This document shows positions 1-7,700 of a DNA stretch of 64,000 nt, piece by piece. The stretch comes from Myxococcota bacterium. Lineage in GTDB: Bacteria > Myxococcota_A > UBA796 > UBA9615 > JAKLKC01. The notes below the pieces were generated by a model, which was not told the DNA's origin, searched no databases, and was given only the letters and a program-made list of their open reading frames with translations. The number at the start of each line of letters is the position of its first letter. Positions within the stretch are counted from its first letter, which is position 1. The stretch lies in contig JAKLKC010000024.1 in the NCBI GenBank assembly GCA_023150875.1, forward strand, positions 9,119 to 73,118, written 5' to 3'. Both the position numbers and the translations under genes were made by a program.

Positions 1-127
1 CGACGTGGACTTCGCCGAGGAGACGGCGGACTTCAACCGCAACACGACGTTCCAGCAGGCCGGGATCTCGGTGCTCGCCCAGGCGAACTCGGCGTCCCAG
101 CAGGTGCTCCAGCTCCTCCAGGGCTAG
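1..127 (+). CDS. fliC: Flagellin C-terminal fragment. Partial: the 5' end lies upstream of the window. Stop TAG at 125-127.
   Basis: Frame 2 translates to DVDFAEETADFNRNTTFQQAGISVLAQANSASQQVLQLLQG. This is the conserved flagellin C-terminal D0 helix (QAGxSxLAQANxxxQxVLxLL). It is followed directly by fliD and fliS. Confidence 0.8.
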   Translation, partial: DVDFAEETADFNRNTTFQQAGISVLAQANSASQQVLQLLQG

Positions 128-360
128 CCCGCGACCGCGCGCCGGCGATCCCCATCGTCGCCGGCGCGCGGTGAGCGGGGCGGCCCGACGCCGCGTCAGG
201 GGAAGGCGCGGCCTCGGGACGCCCCGGCGGGCCCCCGGAGACCGACCAGAGCCTTGTCCGTTCACCCTCCCGCCGCCGCGCCGCCTCATGGCGCGGCGGC
301 GGGATCCGAAAGGCAGGGAAGGGACCGAGGGCGGCGCGCGGTCCGATCCGGAGCGGAACG

Positions 361-1704
361 GTGGGAAGCGTATTCATCAGTGGCCTGGCGTCCGGACTCG
401 ACACCACCGGCATCGTCAGCCAGCTCGTCGAGGTCTACTCCACGCCCCAGAGCACCCTGGAGAGCCAGAAGAGGGACGCCGAGACGGAGCTGGACCTCGT
501 GGAGGAGCTCCAGTCCTTGATGGAGGCCCTCCAGGAGACCATCCAGGGGATCGACACCGCCGAGGAGCTACGCTCGGTCACCGTCGCCAACCCCGGCACG
601 AACGCCGTGTCGGTCACCGCCGACCCCGAGACCGCCATCGCCGGCTCCTACACCCTCGACATCGCCGACCTCGCCACCGCCGAGACCGAGTACTCGGTGG
701 AGGGCTTCGCCACGGCGGACGCCTCCCTCGGGAGCGGCACGGTGACGCTGACCGTCGGCGGGGTGGTGACGGAGATCGTGGTGGACGCCGCCTCCGGCAA
801 CGACACCCTGGAGGACCTCGCGGCCTGGATCTCCGAGAACGTGGAAGGCGTCAGCGCCTACGTCATGAACGACGGCAGCGGCACGGACGCCTACCACCTG
901 GTGCTCCAGGGGACCGAGACGGGGGAGGCCAACGACATCTCCGTCAGCGCCACCCTCGGTACCTCGCTGACCTTCACCGAGACCGTGGCCGCCAGCGACG
1001 CCCACTTCAGCCTCAACGGGATCGATATCCAATCGGCTTCCAACTCCGTGGAGGGGCTGGTGCCGGGCCTGACCTTCGACCTGTCCCAGGGCGGCGGCGG
1101 ACCCATCGAGATCCGCGTCGAGGAGGACGTCGACGGGATGGTGTCCAACATCCAGGGCTTCGTCGACGCCTACAACGCGGTCATCGACTTCTTCAACGAC
1201 CAGGCGTTCGACGCCGAGACCGGTGAGGGCACGGCCCTGACCGGCGACTCCCTGATCCGGAACCTCCAGAGCGACCTCGCGTCGGTCATCGCGTCGTCGT
1301 ACCCGGGTGGGGCCTACGAGGTCCTGTCGTTCATCGGCTTCTCGACGGAGGACGACGGATCCCTTGCGTTGGACGCGGAAGAGCTGAAGGAGGCGCTCCA
1401 GGCCGATCGGGAGGCGGTGGTGGACCTCTTCACCGGCGGCGGGAACGTGTTCTCGCGCCTGAACGAGGAGATCGTCCAGGCCCTCGACGGCGACAGCGGA
1501 GCCATCGCGGTGCGGATCGACAGCCTGAACGACCAGATCGAGGACCTGGGCGAGCAGGTGGACGACTGGGACCGGCGGATCGCCGACTACGAGGCCCGCC
1601 TCACCAACCAGTTCGTCCAGCTCGAGCTGATCATCGCCGAGTACCAGGCGACGGGCGATTACCTGACTCAGCTCTTCGAGAGCATGTCCAGTGGCAGTGA
1701 CTGA
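361..1704 (+). CDS. fliD: Flagellar filament cap protein FliD (hook-associated protein 2), 447 aa. GTG start.
   Basis: The N-terminus GSVFISGLASGLDTTGIVSQLV is the typical FliD start. The C-terminus has the conserved coiled-coil (YEARLTNQFVQLELIIAEYQAT). A GGAG sits 8 nt upstream. The gene lies between flagellin and fliS. Confidence 0.85.
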   Translation: MGSVFISGLASGLDTTGIVSQLVEVYSTPQSTLESQKRDAETELDLVEELQSLMEALQETIQGIDTAEELRSVTVANPGTNAVSVTADPETAIAGSYTLDIADLATAETEYSVEGFATADASLGSGTVTLTVGGVVTEIVVDAASGNDTLEDLAAWISENVEGVSAYVMNDGSGTDAYHLVLQGTETGEANDISVSATLGTSLTFTETVAASDAHFSLNGIDIQSASNSVEGLVPGLTFDLSQGGGGPIEIRVEEDVDGMVSNIQGFVDAYNAVIDFFNDQAFDAETGEGTALTGDSLIRNLQSDLASVIASSYPGGAYEVLSFIGFSTEDDGSLALDAEELKEALQADREAVVDLFTGGGNVFSRLNEEIVQALDGDSGAIAVRIDSLNDQIEDLGEQVDDWDRRIADYEARLTNQFVQLELIIAEYQATGDYLTQLFESMSSGSD

Positions 1705-1753
1705 TGGGGGGGCCGGAGGCCCACCCGAAGCGGAGCGGCGAGGTGCAGGGAAG

Positions 1754-2134
1754 ATGAGCCTCAATCCCTACGTGAAGCGGTACCAGCAGGCCCAGGTGGC
1801 GACGCTGACCCCGGACCAGCTCCTGCTGATGCTCGTGGACGGTGCCCTGCTCCGGGCCGAGCAGGCGGAGGCCGGCGAGACGGCCGAGGTCCGCCGTACC
1901 GCCCTGGACAAGCTGCGCCGCATCGTCGCCGAGCTGGTGGACTCCCTGAACGTCGACGTGGGGGGCGAGGTGGCGGTCGGGCTGATGCGCTCCTACGCCG
2001 CCCTGCTCCGTCTCGTCGCCCGGGCCCACGCCACCGACGACCCGGCCGCGCTGGGGGAGGTGGCGAGGAGGGTCCGAACGATGCACGACCTGTGGCACGC
2101 CACGGTCCGCAAGGCCCGAGAGGAGGAGGACTGA
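1754..2134 (+). CDS. fliS: Flagellar export chaperone FliS.
   Basis: An internal ATG gives MSLNPYVKRYQQAQVATLTPDQLLLMLVDGAL, the FliS signature (NPYxxYxxxxVxTASPxxLxLMLYDGA). The gene follows fliD immediately. The ORF-track start at 1691 is a 5' extension. Confidence 0.8.
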   Translation: MSLNPYVKRYQQAQVATLTPDQLLLMLVDGALLRAEQAEAGETAEVRRTALDKLRRIVAELVDSLNVDVGGEVAVGLMRSYAALLRLVARAHATDDPAALGEVARRVRTMHDLWHATVRKAREEED

Positions 2135-2135
2135 G

Positions 2136-2483
2136 ATGGCGGCCGACGCCGTGTCCCTCCTCGCCGGCATGGTGGCCCTGTCCCAGGAGATGCGCGCCGC
2201 GGGGGACGACGGCCTCGCCTACGACTGGGTCGCCGCCGCGGGGAAGTGCCGCCGCCTGGGCGCGCGCCTGCGGCGGACCGATCCCGCGGACTTCGCCAGC
2301 GCCGACGCCGACGCCGTGGGGTCGCTGATCGGGAGCCTCCGGCGCGAGGTGGAGGCCCTGGAGCGGGACCGCGCGGCGGCGGGGGACGAGATGGCCCGGC
2401 TGCGCCGGGGCCGGACCGCCCTGAAGGGCTACCGCGAGGCGACGGCCCGCGCCCCCCGGAGGCGGATCCGCGACCGGAAGTGA
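2136..2483 (+). CDS. Small hypothetical protein (115 aa) in the position usually held by FliT or FlaG.
   Basis: ATG lies 1 nt after the fliS stop, so it is translationally coupled. The composition is predicted helical and Ala/Arg-rich. I recognise no family motif and assign it by context only. Confidence 0.4.
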   Translation: MAADAVSLLAGMVALSQEMRAAGDDGLAYDWVAAAGKCRRLGARLRRTDPADFASADADAVGSLIGSLRREVEALERDRAAAGDEMARLRRGRTALKGYREATARAPRRRIRDRK

Positions 2484-2741
2484 GCCGCCCGGCTCCCCTG
2501 CGACCGGGGGGCCAGCGTCGGATCGCCGTCGCGCTACCGTCAATCCCGCGTCGCTCCTGGGACCCGGCCGGGGATGGGTGGGCCGGGATCCCGACCTTCG
2601 GTGAGGCCGCCACCGGGCCGGAGGGCGAGCCCCGTCGCGGGGATCCGGTCCTCCGCGCCCCGAATGGCCCCTCCCTCCCCCGGTGGCACGCATCCTGCTC
2701 GGGTGGGGAGCGGCCGAGGACGGCCACCGGAGGCGCCAAGA

Positions 2742-3317
2742 ATGCACTCCATCGGCCCAGCGCCGGCCACCGCCCCCGATCGCACCTGGCACCGGGTGGA
2801 GACGTGGCTCCGCGTCCGCGTCGACCCCGCGCCGCCCCAGGGGGAGGGCGACGCGCCCCGGGAGGCCCTGACCGAGGTCGCCCGGACCTGCTACGGCGTG
2901 CTGGACTCCCTGCGCCACCTGCGGCTGGAGCTCGACTCCGCCGACCGGGTGGTCGCCGAGCGGATCCAGCGGTTCTGCGCCGCGGTGGCCTCGGCCATCG
3001 AGGACCTGGAGGCCCGGGCCGACGGCGAGGGCTTGCCCCCTCCCTCCCCCGGGGACGTCTCCGGCGGGGGCCTCGGGGTCGCCTGCCCCCGCGCCCACGC
3101 CGTGGACGACCGGGTCCGGGTGGCGTTCCGGCTGGAGGAGACCGCAGCGCCCCTGACCTTCCGCGCCGCCGCCCGGGTGGCCTCCTGCCGCCGGGTGGAT
3201 GCGCCCCCCGGGTACCGCCTGGGGCTGGAGTTCGTGGACCTGGACGAGGAGTCGCGGGAGAGGCTGGTGGCGTTGCTCTTCGAGGTCCAGAGGCGGCAAC
3301 GGAGGGCGGAAAGGTGA
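2742..3317 (+). CDS. PilZ-domain protein. Possible c-di-GMP-responsive flagellar brake of the YcgR type.
   Basis: DVSGGGLGV matches the PilZ DxSxGG motif. The C-terminal beta-barrel pattern RVRVAFRLEE...GYRLGLEFVDLDEESRERLVALLFEVQRRQRR is PilZ-like. The upstream RxxxR motif is degenerate (RIQR, RVVAER). The internal ATG at 2742 is favoured over the 2574 extension, which is Pro/Arg-rich. Confidence 0.55.
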   Translation: MHSIGPAPATAPDRTWHRVETWLRVRVDPAPPQGEGDAPREALTEVARTCYGVLDSLRHLRLELDSADRVVAERIQRFCAAVASAIEDLEARADGEGLPPPSPGDVSGGGLGVACPRAHAVDDRVRVAFRLEETAAPLTFRAAARVASCRRVDAPPGYRLGLEFVDLDEESRERLVALLFEVQRRQRRAER

Positions 3318-4891
3318 GAGATCCTGCTGACATCCGGCGGGGCCGGGCCGGCGCGGCGGCCCTGGCGGCCCTGGCGATGGGGGCGACGGCGGCGACGGCG
3401 GCGGCGGGGGACGCGCCTCCGATCCGCGCCGGGGGCGGGGTCGCCTGGGCCCTCCAGGGGAGCGGCGCCACCGCGACCGCCTACCCGGAGCCGGGGACGG
3501 TCGAGGGCATGGCCCGCGTGGGCTGGGTCTTCGCCCCGTTCGCCGAGGCGTCCCTGCGGGTGGGCTTCCAGGTCCGGAAGGGCCTGGCCCACGACGTCGA
3601 GAGCGGGCTCGCCGTGGACGGGGCCGCCTCTCACCTGTACCAGGTGCCCCTGCTGCTGGGGGTGGACCTGCGGCTGGACCGCTCCCCCCGCCAGCCGGTG
3701 GTCCCCTACGCCGGCGCGGGGCTGACGTCGGTGCTGTGGCACGAGGCCGTCGACGGCGGGCCCGCCCGGACCGGGGCGGACTGGGGGCCCTACGCGGTGG
3801 TGGGGGTGGGGATCCGGCTGGTGGGGCGGGAGGGGGCGTGGCGGGGGAGGCCGGTGCGGGGCCGGTCGTTGGCGGACGTGCTCCTGAACGTGGAGGCCGT
3901 CGCCGCCCGGGCCGACTCCTTCGGGGACGGCATGGACCTGTCGTCCCTGCGGGTCATGGCGGGGCTGACGGTGGCCTTCTCGGAGGGCGGGGATCCCGGG
4001 AGGCTGGCGATCCGGGCGCCGCCTCCCCCCGAGGCGCCGCCGCCGCGTCCCCCCTCGCCTCCCCAGGTGACGGGGATCCTGGCGGAGGGGGGAGAGCCCC
4101 GCTACCAGCTCGACGTGGGAGGGGAGTGGGGGGTGGTGCCGGGGGCGCTGCTCAGAATCTTCCGGGCGGTGGAGGTGCCCACCGCCGACGGCAGGCCGGC
4201 GCCCCCCCTCATGCATCCGGTGGGTTGGATGGAAGTGGAGTCGGTGGGCCCGGGGACGGCCCTGGCCCGCCTCCGGGCCTTGGAGCCCGGCCAGAAGCCG
4301 AGGATCGGGGACCGCCTGCTGGGGAGCGGCGCCCTGGGCTCGCGCCCGGCGACGGCGGAGATCCGGGTGGCGGCGGACGAGGTGCTGGCGGGGGGCGGTG
4401 AGCCCGGAGCCAGCGGCCTCGCCCTGTCGGCGTGGGCCGGGCGGATGGCGCGGGTGGAGGGGCTCGTCACGGTGTCGGTGCGCCTGCCCGCCGCGCCGGG
4501 CATGGGGGAGGCGATGGCCGCTCCCACCGACCTCACCCGGGTGGACGGGGAGGGTGCCGAGGGGGGAGAGGGAGTGCGGCTGGTGGGGATCGAGAGGAAG
4601 AGGGACGCCGCCACCGTCGCCCTGGAGGGGGCCCGGAGCCTCGCGGCGGCGCTGGCCGGCACCCTGGGCATCCCGGCGGAGCGCGTGGTCGCCATGGTGG
4701 AGCCCCCCGATCCCGGGGGCCTGCCGGGGGGCGAGGTGGTGGTGCGGGCCGAAGGGGTGACCTGGTCCGGCACCGAGGGCGTCCCCGTGCCCGAGCCCGA
4801 CCGGCGGCCCGCCCGGAAGGGGCCCAGGAAGAAGCCGAAGGAGGACCGGGAGGACGCCGTCGGGGGCGAGGTGGTGGTGCCCTTGAGCTGA
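3314..4891 (+). CDS. Secreted protein of unknown function. Signal peptide, OMP-like beta-rich N-domain, Pro-rich linker, C-terminal domain.
   Basis: GTG at 3314 overlaps the upstream stop (GTGA) with GGAGGG upstream. The N-terminus RRGRAGAAALAALAMGATAATAAAGD is signal-like. A PPPPEAPPPRPPSPP linker follows. The 2246 ORF-track start is a 5' extension. Confidence 0.55.
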   Translation: MRDPADIRRGRAGAAALAALAMGATAATAAAGDAPPIRAGGGVAWALQGSGATATAYPEPGTVEGMARVGWVFAPFAEASLRVGFQVRKGLAHDVESGLAVDGAASHLYQVPLLLGVDLRLDRSPRQPVVPYAGAGLTSVLWHEAVDGGPARTGADWGPYAVVGVGIRLVGREGAWRGRPVRGRSLADVLLNVEAVAARADSFGDGMDLSSLRVMAGLTVAFSEGGDPGRLAIRAPPPPEAPPPRPPSPPQVTGILAEGGEPRYQLDVGGEWGVVPGALLRIFRAVEVPTADGRPAPPLMHPVGWMEVESVGPGTALARLRALEPGQKPRIGDRLLGSGALGSRPATAEIRVAADEVLAGGGEPGASGLALSAWAGRMARVEGLVTVSVRLPAAPGMGEAMAAPTDLTRVDGEGAEGGEGVRLVGIERKRDAATVALEGARSLAAALAGTLGIPAERVVAMVEPPDPGGLPGGEVVVRAEGVTWSGTEGVPVPEPDRRPARKGPRKKPKEDREDAVGGEVVVPLS

Positions 4892-5012
4892 GCTGTCAGG
4901 CGCCGGCACTCGGCCGAAGCGTAGGGGGCGCGCGTCCTTCCGGGCGCGGAGGCGGCCCGGGATCACCCGTCGGGGTGCGGGGAGGTTGCAACGCGCGGCG
5001 GGCGTGGGGTCG

Positions 5013-6692
5013 TCAGGGCTGTCCGGCGCCTTCCACCAGGTTCGAGAGCTGCTCGGCCGAGAGGAGATCGCGCGCGGCTGCCTCCTCGACCAGCTCCAGC
5101 CAGCGGTGGCTCCACGGCCGATCACCCAACCGGGGTCCCCCGAGTCCGTTCGGCTCGGGGAACGGAAGCCGGAAGGTCCCGGACCACGCAAGCTCGACTG
5201 CCTGGGAGGAAGCCTCCTCCCAATCCCGATGCTTGCCGGAGGCAACGAGGGCGGCCAGCCTGCCCCGGACGTCGTCCAAGTGCAGGTGATTGAGCAGGTG
5301 CGCGCAAGCGGTGCGGGGTGTGACGCCGAACGCGAGGGCGACGTCCCGCGCTGCTGCGCGGAGGCTGTCATCGTCGATGCCCGCACGGGGGATCTCCAGG
5401 ATCTGGTTCATCCTGTCCCGAGGTGCCAGGAAGTACACCGAGAACGCATTCGCGAACGCCTCGCTACGGCTGCGCGGGTCCTCTGAATAGCCGCAGGCGC
5501 CCTCCGGATCCCCCGCGACGACGTGCCCGAGGAGGTGCCCGATCGCGAACCGGAGGCGACCTGGCCCATGGAACGCCCAGTCCGACCCGATCACCAGGGT
5601 TGGTTGCCCAGCCACGCCGGATGACCACGTCCCGAGGGCCTTGGGGCTTGGGAGCTCGCCGGCGGCGACGTCGAAGCCGATCCCGCGAACGAATTCCATG
5701 AGGTCGTCGATGTCCGGCCGTTCCCTGTGGAACACCCTTCTTCGAAGCTCGTTCGCCGCGAGCTCCGCGCGCTTCCAGACCTGCGCGTAGTTGCTGTTCG
5801 ATCCGTCGCGCCGGATTTCGGAGATCTGCCTTGCCGCTTCCCACCAGCGCCGGAGGGGATCCGTGCTCGCCACCCGGCGGGAGAGTGCCCCGAGTTCGTC
5901 GGCGAACCTCATCGCGACACGGTTGAACGCGATGGAGGACCGCCGGATGACCTGCGGCGTCAACCAGTTCTTCCGGGCGTCGTTCAAGGGCTCCCCGGCA
6001 ACCTGCATCGCCTTCCGCAGTGCCTCGAACCCGGCGCTCGCCGTGACCGCCCAGGGCGTGTCGAGATCGGGCTCGTGCGAGGTCGCGAGATCGGCGGCGG
6101 CGAGGAGTCGTCGGCCGATGGTCGGGTCCTCCGACATCGCTTCGAGGCCGCTCCGGTTGAATTCCGAAAGGAGTTCGCCCGCGCCAGACCGGAGACGGGA
6201 GCGGAGCTCGGCGACGACCGCCGCCCGCGGCACGTACCGCTCGCCGAGATCTTCGGCCAGCGCGAGCCGGGCAGCGCTGACCAGCGGACTCCCTTCGAGC
6301 AGGCCGTCCGCGCGGACCAGACGTCCCAGTCGCTCCAGCGGATCTCCAGGCCGGAGGGCGGTCAGGATCTCGTTGGCCGCCTCGCGGCGGCGAATCCTCT
6401 CGACCGCGCCGTGGTCCACGAACCGGATGGCCGGGGGCTCCCTTGCGTCCAGCAGGGGCACGCGGCGCCGCTGCCAAGGCGCTGGGCTCGGCAGGTCGGT
6501 CCACGGGCCACTCCTCGGGTCCCGCGGACCCTCCGAATCGTATCCGAGGAGGGTACCCGTGCTGGTCTCTGCGACGGGAATGAACCAGTCGCCCGTTGCT
6601 TGCCGGAACAGCAGGACCCGAGCGGGCCGCCCTACACTGTCGCATGCGTGGACGTGCGTGACCACCCATCCCTGGGCTGGGCGCCCCCTCAT
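5013..6692 (-). CDS. 559-aa protein with a C-terminal ImmA/IrrE-family (M78, COG2856, DUF955) metallopeptidase-like domain. The HExxH motif is non-canonical (HLLGH). The roughly 400-aa N-terminal region is uncharacterised.
   Basis: RLRFAIGHLLGHVVAG...EAFANAFSVYFLAP matches the ImmA/IrrE signature (FtiaHELgHlllh...E.eAnrFAaelLmP), but Leu replaces the catalytic Glu. ATG at 6692 overlaps the upstream stop as ATGA, and GGAGGGAG lies immediately upstream. The region has lower GC. Confidence 0.65.
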   Translation of the reverse strand: MRGRPAQGWVVTHVHACDSVGRPARVLLFRQATGDWFIPVAETSTGTLLGYDSEGPRDPRSGPWTDLPSPAPWQRRRVPLLDAREPPAIRFVDHGAVERIRRREAANEILTALRPGDPLERLGRLVRADGLLEGSPLVSAARLALAEDLGERYVPRAAVVAELRSRLRSGAGELLSEFNRSGLEAMSEDPTIGRRLLAAADLATSHEPDLDTPWAVTASAGFEALRKAMQVAGEPLNDARKNWLTPQVIRRSSIAFNRVAMRFADELGALSRRVASTDPLRRWWEAARQISEIRRDGSNSNYAQVWKRAELAANELRRRVFHRERPDIDDLMEFVRGIGFDVAAGELPSPKALGTWSSGVAGQPTLVIGSDWAFHGPGRLRFAIGHLLGHVVAGDPEGACGYSEDPRSRSEAFANAFSVYFLAPRDRMNQILEIPRAGIDDDSLRAAARDVALAFGVTPRTACAHLLNHLHLDDVRGRLAALVASGKHRDWEEASSQAVELAWSGTFRLPFPEPNGLGGPRLGDRPWSHRWLELVEEAAARDLLSAEQLSNLVEGAGQP

Positions 6693-7450
6693 GCTCCCTC
6701 CGCGAGGGTCCGGACGAAGCGTGAGACCTCCTCCCGGATCGGTGGGACTCCTGCCTTCCGTCGGACCTGGGAGAAATGCGCCCCCACCCTCCACGCCGTC
6801 GCTTGGAGGGCAGCCAGACCCCTCAACCAGTCCGAGCGGGCGAGCCGGTCATCCTCGGGATCGATGAACACGGCGAGGAGCATGTCGTCCAGGACCAAGG
6901 CACCGTCGAAGCGTGCCTCGGGCGTGGTAAGCCAGTCGAGCGTGCAGCCCGCCTGGAACACGCCGGCCGCATCGGACGCAGAGGTCGGCTCGAATCCCAA
7001 GTAAGAGTCCAGGTCCCGAAAGACCGTCGCCAGGTGCTTGCCCATGTAGGACTCGTCGCCGGGTGATGGCAGGGACCAGGTGCCCACGACGGCCGGACCT
7101 ACGCGCTTGGCCGCTTCCCGGGAGTCCCACGGAGACGACGTTCGAGATGCTCGCGCCCGATGGATGGGACCGAACAGCAGGACGACGGGTGGATCGAAGT
7201 TCGGTGATCGCGCGAACGAAGCGAACACCGACCGATCAGTCCCGATCTCCTTCCTCCTCTCCTTGGAGCCCGGAGGTGCGAGCACCAGTCTCGGAGGGGC
7301 ACCCTCGATCCGCGGGGACTCGCCCATGCGATGGACCAGCGGCAGCGCAGGAAGACACTCGAAGTCGCTATCCGCCCAGCCCCCATCCGGCGCCCGGATG
7401 GATGTCCGATGGGCGCTGAGCATAGCAGCGATGTCGAACGCGTCCGGCAT
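6689..7450 (-). CDS. Hypothetical protein (253 aa). First gene of the two-gene operon with the ImmA/IrrE-like protein.
   Basis: An ORF with codon bias sits in a lower-GC block. Its stop overlaps the start of the downstream gene (ATGA). I recognise no domain. No clear SD precedes the ATG at 7450. Confidence 0.5.
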   Translation of the reverse strand: MPDAFDIAAMLSAHRTSIRAPDGGWADSDFECLPALPLVHRMGESPRIEGAPPRLVLAPPGSKERRKEIGTDRSVFASFARSPNFDPPVVLLFGPIHRARASRTSSPWDSREAAKRVGPAVVGTWSLPSPGDESYMGKHLATVFRDLDSYLGFEPTSASDAAGVFQAGCTLDWLTTPEARFDGALVLDDMLLAVFIDPEDDRLARSDWLRGLAALQATAWRVGAHFSQVRRKAGVPPIREEVSRFVRTLAEGA

Positions 7451-7700
7451 GGTCTGACACGCAGTCCACGGGGAGAAGTCCTGGCGAAGGGGACCCAGCC
7501 GAGGACCAGGGGAGCGACTACGACGGTAATCATACTACCGGCACCTGATGGCGGCGAGGACTTCCGCGGCCGGCTGGGATACCACCTCGATCCGGGCCGG
7601 GACCGCCATTTCCGCGGCTCCGCGAACGGGCGCGCCAGAGAGAGTGCGGAGGCTTCCGGGCCTAGTGGCCGCGCCATGTCGGCGTGGGACGGCCGGACGG

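Larger units (their letters stand above)
5000..7700. other. Lower-GC (about 65% against about 74%) block. Probably horizontally acquired.
   Basis: Visible compositional drop. The two-gene operon in it is unrelated to the neighbouring flagellar and fatty-acid genes. Confidence 0.5.

Noticed and set aside
2246-3313. 5' extensions of track ORFs. Examples: 2246..4891 and 2574..3317 beginning far upstream, 15991..19758, 14906..17500, 23702..26785, 34078..37932, 41904..44810, 43766..46750, and 57883..60558.
   Set aside because: The upstream parts overlap the preceding genes and are Pro/Arg/Gly-rich. Internal starts with SD sequences or stop/start coupling give proteins with proper signal peptides or N-termini.
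6693-6794. An alternative start for the ImmA-like gene at 6794 (MEGGGAFLPGP...).
   Set aside because: It would overlap the upstream gene by 105 nt. The internal ATG at 6692 forms a classic ATGA overlap with GGAGGGAG immediately upstream.
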